Translations under genes and position numbers: made by a program
The notes under the pieces: model-generated
Databases searched by the model: none
Seen by the model: the letters and a program-made list of their open reading frames with translations, nothing else
Told to the model about the DNA's origin: nothing
Shown: positions 18,881 through 30,600 of the stretch, one piece after another
How positions within the stretch are numbered: the stretch's first letter is position 1
Layout: the number at the start of each line of letters is the position of its first letter
Assembly (NCBI GenBank): GCA_002269645.1
Contig: NIVC01000045.1
Location: forward strand, 248,001 to 312,000
DNA from: Macrostomum lignano
Taxonomy: Eukaryota
Direction of reading: 5' to 3'
Length of the DNA stretch: 64,000 nucleotides

Positions 18881-19291
18881 ATGGCCTCCGGTGTAGCCGT
18901 CGATCCCAGCGTGAAGGATGATTTTAACGACATCAAACTGGGCCACAAGTACGCCTACATGGTGTTCAAGATTGATTCGGAGTCCATGATTAAAACTGAG
19001 CGCACCTGCGTCAGCTGCACCTACGACGAATTCACCTCCAGCCTGCCGGCCAACGAGTGTCGCTACGCTGTCTTCGACTACAAATACTGCCTTGACGACG
19101 GGTCGAAACGGGAGAAGCTTCTCTTCATCCACTGGGCGCCCGACAGCGCCAAGATTCGCGACAAGATGCTGTACGCCTCATCCAAGGACGCTCTGAAACG
19201 CGACCTGAAAGGCGTTGTTGAAATCCAGGCCAGCGACCTGTCAGAGGTGGACGAAGTCACCATCAAGGAGAAGGTGAAAGCTTCCGGTTGA
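18881..19291 (+). CDS. CFL: ADF/cofilin (actin-depolymerizing factor), 136 aa, intronless CDS
   Basis: MASGVAV start, CRYAVFDY, KLLFIHWAPDSAKIRDKMLYASSKDALK and EIQASDLSEV are canonical ADF-H motifs. Confidence 0.95.
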   Translation: MASGVAVDPSVKDDFNDIKLGHKYAYMVFKIDSESMIKTERTCVSCTYDEFTSSLPANECRYAVFDYKYCLDDGSKREKLLFIHWAPDSAKIRDKMLYASSKDALKRDLKGVVEIQASDLSEVDEVTIKEKVKASG

Positions 19292-20171
19292 AGTCGGACT
19301 TAATTTTATGTTTCACAATTTAATTAGCGGAAAAATTGACCGAGAAGTAAACGTATCTCAAGCTTCAAATCTCACTAAACTACTCACCAGTAATATGAGT
19401 GCGCGTTTATTATAATAATTTATTTTATTTATTCAATGCTTGCCGTTTTCTTTGGTGCAATAATTGTTGGATTATTTAATGACTAGCCGAGTTGCTGTGC
19501 TCTGTCCCCAAATACCAATTCATTTTTATTCTAGCTAAATTTTTAAAAGAACATTATCACAAAATTATTTTGTCAATTTTTTCTACGAGAGTGTGTCAGT
19601 AGTATCTGCTGAGCGATGTCGCCGAAATTAAAGAAACTATATTTAATTTTTTAATTAAATTACTTTATATAATTATGCTCAACTTTCTATCTGACTTTAT
19701 AAGCAGTTAATTATATTACTATTATTATTATATTTATAAAAGTACACCTAATTATATTTATTGCTTCCCAATGATGAACTTTTTTGTTTGTATTTTTTCT
19801 GTTTTTTAACCCTCGACAATGCAATAATATGTTGGTATTAGTATGTATGGCAGTTTATTTATTTATTAAATAGTTTAAACCACGCTTATAGTTTTTTATA
19901 TTAACTTTACCTAGTAAGTTGCAATCATTTCTATATTTAAGCTATAATTAGTAACTCTTATTTACCTGTAGTTTTGCATGAAATTTCAGCTTCTATGAAT
20001 GGTCAGTTTTTGAAATATATTAACACTATTTACTATAATTATTATTATTGCATACGCGACTAAAAGTTTATTAGGTCAATTTCTAAGAATTTTTTTGCGT
20101 TTGATGTCGTTACGTTTTGATTTCTTTTTTAGTACTTTGACAGCTGTGTCATGAACTTGGCCCAAAATTAT

Positions 20172-23100
20172 CACTGAGAATCGCCTCTAAGCCATCGTGA
20201 GAATCGCCCCTAAATCACCCTGAGAATCTCCTCTAAGCCATCGTGAGAATCGCCTTTGAACCACCCTGAGAATCGGCTCTAAGCCATCCTGAGAATCGCC
20301 CCTAAACCACCCTGAGAATCGCCTTTAAACCACCCTGAGAATCGCCCCTAAACCACCCTGAGAATCGCCTCTAAGCCATCCTGAGAATCGCCTCTAAACC
20401 ACCCTGAGAATCGCCTCTAAGCCATCCTGAGAATCGCCCCTAAATCACCCTGAGAATCGCCTCTAAGCCATCCTGAGAATCGCCTCTAAACCGCCCTGAG
20501 AATCGCCCCTAAATCACCCTGAGAATCGCCTCTAAACCACCCTGAGAATCGCCTCTAAATCACCCTGAGAATCGCCTCTAAATCACCCTGAGAATCGCCT
20601 CTAAACCACCCTGAGAATCGCCTCTAAACCACCCTGAGAATCGCCCCTAAACCACCCTGAGAATCGCCTCTAAGCCATCCTGAGAATCGCCTCTAAGCCA
20701 TCCTGAGAATCGCCCCTAAATCACCCTGAGAATCGCCTCTAAGCCATCCTGAGAATCGCCCCTAAATCACCCTGAGAATCGCCTTTAAGCCACCCTGAGA
20801 ATCGCCTCTAAGCCATCCTGAGAATCGCCTCTAAGCCATCCTGAGAATCGCCCCTAAACCACCCTGAGAATCGCCTTTAAACCACCACTAGAATCGCCTT
20901 TAAACTACCCGAGAATCGCCTCTAAACCGCCCTGAGAATCGCCTTTAGACCACCCTGAGAATCGCCTCTAAGCCATCCTGAGAATCGCCTCTAAACCGCC
21001 CTGAGAATCGCCCCTAAATCACCCTGAGAATCGCCTCTAAACCACCCTGAGAATCGCCTCTAAGCCATCCTGAGAATCGCCCCTAAATCACCCTGAGAAT
21101 CGCCTCTAAGCATCCTGAGAATCGCCTCTAAACCGCCCTGAGAATCGCCCCTAAATCACCCTGAGAATCGCCTCTAAACCACCCTGAGAATCGCCTCTAA
21201 ATCACCCTGAGAATCGCCTCTAAATCACCCTGAGAATCGCCTCTAAACCACCCTGAGAATCGCCTCTAAACCACCCTGAGAATCGCCCCTAAACCACCCT
21301 GAGAATCGCCTCTAAGCCATCCTGAGAATCGCCTCTAAGCCATCCTGAGAATCGCCCCTAAATCACCCTGAGAATCGCCTCTAAGCCATCCTGAGAATCG
21401 CCCCTAAATCACCCTGAGAATCGCCTTTAAGCCACCCTGAGAATCGCCTCTAAGCCATCCTGAGAATCGCCTCTAAGCCACCCTGAGAATCGCCCCTAAA
21501 CCACCCTGAGAATCGCCTTTAAACCACCACTAGAATCGCCTTTAAACTACCCCGAGAATCGCCTCTAAACCGCCCTGAGAATCGCCTTTAGACCACCCTG
21601 AGAATCGCCTCTAAGCCATCCTGAGAATCGCCTCTAAACCGCCCTGAGAATCGCCCCTAAATCACCCTGAGAATCGCCTCTAAACCACCCTGAGAATCGC
21701 CTCTAAGCCATCCTGAGAATCGCCCCTAAATCACCCTGAGAATCGCCTCTAAGCATCCTGAGAATCGCCTCTAAACCGCCCTGAGAATCGCCCCTAAATC
21801 ACCCTGAGAATCGCCTTTAAACCACCCTGAGAATCGCCCCTAAATCACCCTGAGAATCGCCTCTAAACCACCCTGAGAATCGCCCCTAAACCACCCTGAG
21901 AATCGCCTCTAAGCCATCCTGAGAATCGCCTCTAAGCCATCCTGAGAATCGCCCCTAAATCACCCTGAGAATCGCCTCTAAGCCATCGTGAGAATCGCCC
22001 CTAAATCACCCTGAGAATCTCCTCTAAGCCATCCTGAGAATCGCCTCTAAATCACCCTGAGAATCGCCTCTAAGCCATCCTGAGAATCGCCCCTAAATCA
22101 CCCTGAGAATCGCCTCTAAGCCATCCTGAGAATCGCCCCTAAATCACCCTGAGAATCTCCTCTAAGCCATCGTGAGAATCGCCTCTAAAATACCCTGAGA
22201 ATCGCCTCTAAGCCATCCTGAGAATCGCCCCTAAACCACCCTGAGAATCGCCCCTAAACCACCCTGAGAATCGCCTCTAAGCCATCCTGAGAATCGCCCC
22301 TAAACCACCCTGAGAATCGCCTCTAAGCCATCCTGAGAATCGCCCCTAAACCACCCTGAGAATCGCCTCTAAGCCATCCTGAGAATCGCCCCTAAACCAC
22401 CCTGAGAATCGCCTCTAAGCCATCCTGAGAATCGCCTCTAAGCCATCCTGAGAATCGCCTCTAAGCCATCCTGAGAATCGCCCCTAAATCACCCTGAGAA
22501 TCGCCTCTAAGCCATCCTGAGAATCGCCCCTAAATCACCCTGAGAATCGCCTCTAAGCCATCCTGAGAATCGCCTCTAAACCGCCCTGAGAATCGCCTCT
22601 AAGCCATCCTGAGAATCGCCCCTAAACCACCCTGAGAATCGCCCCTAAACCACCACTAGAATCGCCCCTAAACCACCCTGAGAATCGCCTCTAAGCCATC
22701 CTGAGAATCGCCTCTAAGCCATCCTGAGAATCGCCTCTAAGCCATCCTGAGAATCGCCCCTAAACCACCCTGAGAATCGCCTTTGAACCACCCTGAGAAT
22801 CGCCTCTAAGCCATCCTGAGAATCGCCTCTAAGCCATCCTGAGAATCGCCCCTAAATCACCCTGAGAATCGCCCCTAAACCACCCTGAGAATCGCCTTTG
22901 AACCACCCTGAGAATCGCCTCTAAGCCATCCTGAGAATCGCCCCTAAATCACCCTGAGAATCGCCCCTAAACCACCCTGAGAATCGCCTCTAAACCACCC
23001 TGAGAATCGCCCCTAAACCACCCTGAGAATCGCCTCTAAGCCATCCTGAGAATCGCCTCTAAACCACCCTGAGAATCGCCCCTAAACCACCCTGAGAATC

Positions 23101-23456
23101 GCCTCTAAGCCATCCTGAGAATCGCCCCTAAACCACCCTGAGAATCGCCGTTGAACCACCCTGAGAATCGCCTCTAAGCCATCCTGAGAATCGCCCCTAA
23201 ATCACCCTGAGAATCGCCCCTAAACCACCCTGAGAATCGCCTTTAAACCACCACTAGAATCGCCTTTAAACTACCCCGAGAATCGCCTCTAAACCGCCCT
23301 GAGAATCGCCTTTAGACCACCCTGAGAATCGCCTCTAAGCCATCCTGAGAATCGCCCCTAAATCACCCTGAGAATCGCCTCTAAACCACCCTGAGAATCG
23401 CCCCTAAACCACCCTGCGAATCGCCCCTAAACCATCATGAGAATCGCCTCTAAGCC
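20172..23456. repeat. 23-bp minisatellite (CTGAGAATCGCCTCTAAGCCATC variants), ~3.3 kb
   Basis: Directly visible, about 140 units, with block duplications of variant order. Confidence 0.98.
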
Positions 23457-23705
23457 ACACAGATCGCCGCTGTTTTAGTTCAAAATGACAAACACTTCAC
23501 TGAAGCGCTTCATTCGATCTGGTGCTCATTCAGTCGGGACAGCCACTTGACTCAAAATATATTGATATTATAATCTCCATACAGTTACAAAAACCGCTGG
23601 GGTCTCGGTCAGAAAAAAGAAGTAAAACGCAAAACAAACTCAAGAATATATATTGTGTACTCAAGCGACCCACACGAAGCACTTTCAGGCAGTCTGGCGG
23701 GACTC

Positions 23706-25397
23706 TCAGACGTAGAACTCCAGTAAAGAGGCCAGCATCATGAGCAAGTAGCCCACTGTCATGCCCAGGTTGCCAATAAAAAATGCCAGTATATTCTTGG
23801 CGTGATAGTTCTTGCGCACCATGCTGCTCTGGAAATTGAGTAGTGTTCACGCTAAATATGATACTTCATTCATGCTTGTTTTAGTTATCGGATTGGCACT
23901 CACCGACTCACGGCATTCACGCTGATCGGTTCACAATTACTCATTCCCGAATCCCGTCGCTCACAAGGAATCATTCACGGCGTTCACAATGACTTTCACG
24001 GCGGTCATAATGACTCATTCACGGCGTTTGCTAGGAATCGTTCGCGGCGTTCACAGTGACTAATTCACGATATTCATATTGCTCATTCACGGCGTTCACA
24101 ATGAGTAATTCACTATGTTCATATTGCTCATTCACAGCGTTCACAATGACTCATTCACAGCGTTTACTAGGAATCGCGTTCACGGTGTTCGCAATGATTC
24201 ATTCACAATATTTATTTTTCTCATTCACGGCGTTCGCAATTTACTCATTCACGGCGTTTGCATGCAACAATGACTTTTTCGCGGTGTTCGCAATTGACAG
24301 CATTCACACAGCAAGTTCACACTGACTTCAGCCGCAACTCACCATGGTAACCAGCGCAATGTACACAAACACGGCTGTGGCAATGGTGGTTATCCAGGCC
24401 CGCACCTCGTCTGACTTGAGCGACAGCGGGACCGAAATCGCGAGACCCAGCATGCTGGACAGGTAGTAGCAGAAATTGAGCAGCAGCACCGCTTTGATGT
24501 TGAACCCGCTGGTGGTGAGCACGGAAAAATCCGCCACCTTGTGCGCCAGCTCGTGCATGCCGACAGACACGCTGAGGTGCAGGCCGTAGTCCCACTGTTT
24601 CACGAATGCCGCCCCGATGGCGATTCCGCCAGCGAAGCTGTGCAGCACGGAGCCAGCGGACACGATGGAGCACAATCGGTAGGGACCCGGCTCGAAGCAC
24701 TTTCGAGGGTTCCGCAGCGCCTCCCGGATTGTGATCTCGGCGGAACCTCGTCGGTGCTGCAGATGCTGCTGTGAGTCGACACTGCTACTGCCGCAGCACT
24801 TCTTCTGAGGCTCCACTGGGTCGGCAATGACAGATCCGTTGGCTCTGATCGAGGACTCCCTGCTGAGGCTGTCCTCGCGGCAGTAGAACTTGTTCCTCTC
24901 ATCGTCACCCGTCCAGTCGTCCTCGTCTACTTCCTGCTCCTCATTGGCCTTGTCTTCATCTTGCTGCTGCTGCTGCTGAATCGACTGTCGCTGATTGTTG
25001 CGATTCACCCGCCAGTTGGAGCTGTGGTTGTGCTTGTCGGTTGCATCGGCTTCGGCGGTTCTCTCGCGCCACTCCATTGCGTGCGAGGTGCTCTGCCGAC
25101 GGCCGAAGAACACGGCGGATGCGGTGTCCAGGGCGTGCAGCACGCAGACACCGGCTGTGACGGTGGCCAAGTAGGGGAAGTAGTCTGGCACGCCAGGCTT
25201 CATGGACTTGTCGGGCAGGATCAGCGCAGGCAGCAGGTGCACAATGGCCTCGGTGGTGAGCGAGCCCACTGCCATCTCCACCAGGAACAGGCTCCAGTAG
25301 TTGAACAGGTGCGCCTGTCGGCAGACAAACATTATACTGATGAGGGTGGGCAGCACCGTGATGACTGTGACCGCGATGAAACCCAGCAGGTACGGAT
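23706..25397 (-). CDS. ZIP (SLC39, LIV-1-like) metal transporter; exons 25397-24343 and 23828-23706, 5' exon(s) unresolved
   Basis: TM1 LLGFIAVTVIT, TM2 AVGSLTTEAIVHLLP, TM4 GSVLHSFAGGIAIGAAF, TM5 MHELAHKVADF, TM7 VFVYIALVTM. An ATG|GTGAGT donor joins in phase 0 to SSMVRK...GNLGMTVGYLLMMLASLLEFYV* (TM8). The ORF-track ATG at 25446 lies inside a dispersed repeat motif and is probably intronic. Confidence 0.88.
23910..24320. repeat. Degenerate TTCACGGCGTTCACAATGACTCA repeat in ZIP intron
   Basis: Directly visible degenerate tandem units. Confidence 0.75.
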
Positions 25398-25879
25398 CTG
25401 CAGTGTTGTTAAGGAGGAGGTTTAAATTATTATTCTTTCGATACATATCGGCTATTTCAATTCCGAAGAATTGGCGTCAGCGCTGGTTGTGGGACCGATG
25501 TCACCGAAGGCGCTGCGCCATGCAGGTGCCGGCAACCCTTGCTCAAAATACATGCAATGATTTACTATAACTAAAATCAGCTTACTTCTCCAAACAATGC
25601 CAGCATCTGCGGTAGCCACGGTGCTGTTCAGTGCTGAGTCATTTGACATAGCTCTTTGTTTGGTTGCAGCCAAAAAACAGCCAAGCGTGCGAACAAACTA
25701 AAACTTTTTGTTAAATAACAGAAAGTGAAGAGCTGTGCTGAGAGTCGAGCCCAGGACTTCTCGGCTTAGTCGGACTGCTTACTGAGTCATGGCCGGTCAG
25801 GGATCACACGGGTTTTGTCAACGGCAGGAAATGGCGGCGCAGTGTCCCCATCTGAAGTGTTTTTTGTGATTTTGTGAGG

Positions 25880-27050
25880 GAGAGAGGAACGGTAAAGAAA
25901 AAAGTGAGAAGTAGAGGGGAATAAGGAGAAAGAGAGAAGGAGATTTAGGGAGTTGAGAGGTAGAGGAAGAGAGTAGAGAAGAAGAGACGGGATCTAGAAG
26001 GAAGGTAGAGGGAGAGAGTGGAGAGGGAGAGACAGAGCGGAGAGGTAGAGGGAGAGAGGGGAGAGGAAGAGAGGGGAGAGGGAGAGAGGGGAGAGGAAGA
26101 GATGGGAGAGGGAGAGAGGGAAGAGGAAGAGAGGGGAGAGGGAGAGAGGGGAGAGGGAGAAAGGGGAGAGAAAGAGATGGGAGAGGGAGAGAGGGGAGAG
26201 AAAGAGAGGGGAGAGGGAGAGAGGGTAGAGGGAGAGAGGGGAGAGGGAGAAAGGGGAGAGGAAGAGAGGGTAGAGGAAGAGAGGGGAGAGGAAGAGAAGG
26301 GAGAGGAAGAGAGGGGAGAGGAAGAGAGGGGAGAGGAAGAGAGAGGAGAGGGAGAGAGGGGAGAGGGAGAGAGGGGAGAGGAAGAGAGGGGAGAGGGAAA
26401 AAGGGGAGAGAAAGAGATGGGAGAGGAAGAGAGGGGAGAGGAAGAGAGGGTAGAGGGAGAGAGGGGAGAGGAAGAGAGGGGAGAGGAAGAGAGGGGAGAG
26501 GAAGAGAGGGGAGAGGAAGAGAGGGGAGAGGGAGAAAGGGGAGAGAAAGAGATGGGAGAGGGAGAGAGGGGAGAGGAAGAGAGGGTAGAGGAAGAGAGGG
26601 GAAAGGAAGAGAGGGGAGAGGAAGAGAGGGGAGAGGGAGAAAGGGGAGAGAAAGAGATGGGAGAGGGAGAGAGGGGAGAGGAAGAGAGGGGAGAGGGAGA
26701 GAGGGGAGAGGGGAGAAGAAGAGAGGGGAGAAGGAGAGAGGGAGAGAAGGAGAGAGGGGAGAGGAAGAGAGGGGAGAGGAAGAGAGGGGAGAGGGAGAGA
26801 GGGGAGAGGAAGAGAGGGAAGAGGGAGAGAGGGAGAGAAGGAGAGAGGGGAGAGGAAGAGAGGGGAGAGGGAGAGAGGGGAGAGGAAGAGAGGGGAGAGG
26901 GAGAGAGGGGAGAGGGAGAGAGGGGAGATAGGGAGTGGAGAAGTAGGGGGGAGAGAGAAAAGGAGAGACAGAGGGGTAGGGAAAAGATAGAGAGGGGGAG
27001 AAGGGAGAGGGAGAGATAGGAGAGGTAGAGGTAGAGAGTAGAGAAGGAGA
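25880..27050. repeat. Polypurine 15-bp repeat (GAGAGGGGAGAGGAA)n
   Basis: Directly visible; it explains the PSLPL/EGERG low-complexity ORFs. Confidence 0.95.
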
Positions 27051-27463
27051 GAGGGGATCTAAAAGGAATGGCATAGTCCAGAGGCCAGAGAGAACCCACA
27101 CCACAGTGAGCAGAATTCCGCATAGCTCACAATTCACCGCACGCGCAGGTCCTTCCGTCCCTGATCTGCAGCCGGAACTTCTGAATCAATGCGTGCTTCG
27201 CGTGCAAGACAATGAAAGATAAACAAAACGACTCTCGAAATGCACTTTATAGGCGATTAGTAGCTCGTGTTATAAGTTAGAAGATTATTTTTTAATACAT
27301 CAAATTCTTATTTTCAAGGATTTTTATTTGTCTCTATGGGCCATACTCATGGGGAATGTAATAATATAGTAGATATATACTAGCTAAATTTAGAGGAAAT
27401 TAATAATCAGGAATTAGGTAGGAGGACTTAAGATGCTTAGTTTGTAATAACGCTGATCATTGC

Positions 27464-27499
27464 CTGTCATTGGCTGACATTGCAGTGAGCCAATGACAG
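27464..27499. promoter_or_regulatory. Inverted pair of CCAAT boxes between divergent ZIP and RDL genes
   Basis: Perfect 12-bp inverted repeat CTGTCATTGGCT..(12 nt)..AGCCAATGACAG about 110 bp upstream of the RDL ATG. Function is inferred. Confidence 0.45.
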
Positions 27500-27610
27500 A
27501 GCAGCACGAGGGCCAAAACAGCCGCTATATCATCTGTCTTCTGCTGGAACTTCAATCCGAATCGTCTTTTTGGCTGTAATTCACCATTTCGACCTTCCTT
27601 CACCAAAAGA

Positions 27611-30600
27611 ATGTCAAGTTATCGAGACAGATATTTTCTATGCTCTTTGTTGCTAGGGTGGCTCTTGATCTCCGCGTATCTGCTGGTTGCTATGGGGATG
27701 CCTACTGATTCGGAGGCTTTGCACGAAGCAAGGTTGTTGGCTGACGCTATGGAACCGAGAGAGGGCAGGTGAGTCATGGAATTTATGAGCTTGTCTATGA
27801 GTGAGTTCATGCTTGAGTTCATGAGTGAGTTCATGAGTGAGTTCATGAGTGAGTTCATATGTGAGTTTATGAGTGAGTTCATGAGTGAGTTCATGAGTGA
27901 GTTCATATGTGAGTTTATGAGTGAGTTCATGAGTGAGTTCATGCGTGAGTTCATGAGTGAGTTCATGAGTGAGTTCATGAGTGAGTTCATAAGTGAGTTC
28001 ATGAGTGAGTTCATAAGTGAGTTCATGAGTGAGTTCATAAGTGAGTTCATGAATGATTTCATGAATAAGTTCATGAGTGAATTCATGACTGAGTTCATGA
28101 CTGAGTTCATGAGTGAGCTCATTAGATTATGAATGACAGTGTGAAGTGCGGAATAAACTGATAAACCATATTAGCATTCAAAACTTGCGATAGGAGATCA
28201 ATAGTGTCCCACGGCCTCAGGTGTTCCCCATGAGCTGTCAGTTGAGGCGGTCATAAACTATTCGTGGGAAAGACACAATCTGTCTGATGCCAAAAGTATC
28301 TTAATATAAAAAACAGAAGTTTTGTTATAATCAATCTTCTTTCCTAGAAAGCAACAAAAAAGTAAAACAAAACCCGTCTTTATTCGGGGATAAACAACCG
28401 TTTTTTAGGCAGCGGTCGATCTCAAGCGACTTGTTGGACACAAACGAATCCATCACTTTGACTGCCATCTTGGATGACATTCTGTCAAAATATGACAAGA
28501 GGATTCGACCCGGATACATCAATGCGAAAAGTGAGTTGAGCAGGGATCGGATCGGCGCCGATGTTGAGTAGGGAGAGGCCCGAGTGTTGAGTAGGGAGAG
28601 GCCCGAGTGTTGAGTAGGGAGAGGCCCGAGTGTTGAGTAGGGAGAGGCCCGAGTGTTGAGTAGGGAGAGGCCCGAGTGTTGAGTAGGGAGAGGCCCGAGT
28701 GTTGAGTAGGGAGAGGCCCGAGTGTTGAGTAGGGAGAGGCCCGAGTGTTGAGTAGGGAGAGGCCCGAGTGTTGAGTAGGGAGAGGCCCGAGTGTTGAGTA
28801 GGGAGAGGCCCGAGTGTTGAGTAGGGAGAGGCCCGAGTGTTGAGTAGGGAGAGGCCCGAGTGTTGAGTAGGGAGAGGCCCGAATGTTGAGTAGGGAGAGG
28901 CCCGAGTGTTGAGTAGGGAGAGGCCCGAATGTTGAGTAGGGAGAGGCCCCAGTGTTGAGTAGGGAGAGGTACTAACATTGAGTAGGGAGAGGCGCCAATG
29001 TTGAGTAAGGAGAGGTTCCAATGTTGAGTAGGGTGAGGCTCCACCATTCCTCATAAATAATTCCCCATTTCACACCAAACTTTTATATTTCAGAACAAAC
29101 TCCTGTCAATGTGAATGTCAGCGTCAGAATATCCTCTGTGAGCTCCATCTCCGAAGTTAACATGGTGAGGCCAGCTGCAGTTATGAACTATATACTAGAA
29201 CTGTGGGGCTCCTGTGAATAATTTCGATTGTGATAAGAAGGATTAAAATTGACAATGAGACACATGACAGTGAGACACACACATGACAATGAGGCACATG
29301 ACAATAAGACACATGGCAGTGAGACACATGACAAAAAGACACATGGAAGTGAAACACATGAAAGTGAGACACATGACAAAAAGACACATGGAAGTGAGAC
29401 ACATGACAGCGAGACACATGACAATAAGACACATGACAATGAGACACATGACAATAAGACACATGACAATGAGACACATGAAAATGAGACACATGAAAAT
29501 GAGACACATGACAATGAGACACATGAAAGTGAGACACATGACAAAAAGACACATGGAAGTGAGACACATGACAGCGAGACACATGACAATAAGACACATG
29601 ACAATGAGACACATGACAATAAGACACATGACAATGAGACACATGAAAATGAGACACATGACAATGAGACACATGAAAATGAGACACATGACAATGAGAC
29701 ACATGAAAATGAGACACATGGCAATAAGACACATGACAGTGAGACACATGGCAGTGAGACACATGACAATGAGACACATGGCAGTGAGACACATGAGAAA
29801 CCACCAGCCTAAGAAACTGCCATCAATAATCATATCACACGGTTATTATTACCAATATGACTTCCATAATCTCATATTATGGAATATCATAATTTCAATA
29901 TGAACTGCTATACTGTTTCCAAGTGGTACCTAAGTTACCGCGTTAGAAAAACTTCTGGGACGCACAGATGGTAAATCCCTTGCTCCCCTGCATCCCAGCA
30001 ATTCCATTGTGCCGCATTCTCTTCCCAACTCAGCTGTTTCATCTGATCAGCGACATCACTGTATCATTTTGAATAATTGATGCACTGAATAGTAAAATCT
30101 AGAATAAGAATTCTGCCTTGAGCCGATCCTAGGTGTACGTTCTATTGTTCTATGAATTTACGATTTTAAAAAAAAAAGTTGTAAAGGGCAAATCGTTTCG
30201 TCTAAGATTTATTTTAATCCTGTACTTCCCAACTGAATTCTCACGCAAGGGTCAAGGAATCTAGAAAGAAACTTTTCTATGATTAGCAAACTTCTCTCAG
30301 GGAAGATTGAGGTAGGATTGACACGCAACCGTAGCCTCATTAGCTACCACTCTGATTAAGATTAATTTGACGCTTAAAAGACAGCTGCTAGGATAATGGA
30401 ATGAATTTAATTTCAGAAGGTTTCGAGTGGATTGTCTCGACTCTGATTGGCTGGAAGCGGAGTGGGATGGATGGTTTTGTCTCTGATTGGCTGGAAGCGG
30501 AGTGGGATGGATGGTTTTGTCTCTGATTGGCTGGAAGCGGAGTGGGATGGATGGTTTTGTCTCTGATTGGCTGGAAGCGGAGTGGGATGGATGGTTTTGT

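Noticed and set aside
20172-23456. CRISPR-like appearance of regular short repeats here and at 47572-49953 and 59512-60680
   Set aside because: Units are head-to-tail with no unique spacers, there are no cas genes, and the context is eukaryotic.
25398-25446. ORF-track start MYRKNNN of the ZIP gene
   Set aside because: The ATG lies within the dispersed CCGATATGTATCG motif upstream of a good CTGCAG acceptor, so it is likely intronic.
25818-27137. Long PSLPL/EGERG ORFs, and similar ORFs at 7879-8411, 27619-28132, 28331-29903, 30297-31055, 33458-34120, 44234-46075 and 62835-63755
   Set aside because: They are translations of stop-free micro- or minisatellites lying inside introns or non-coding regions.
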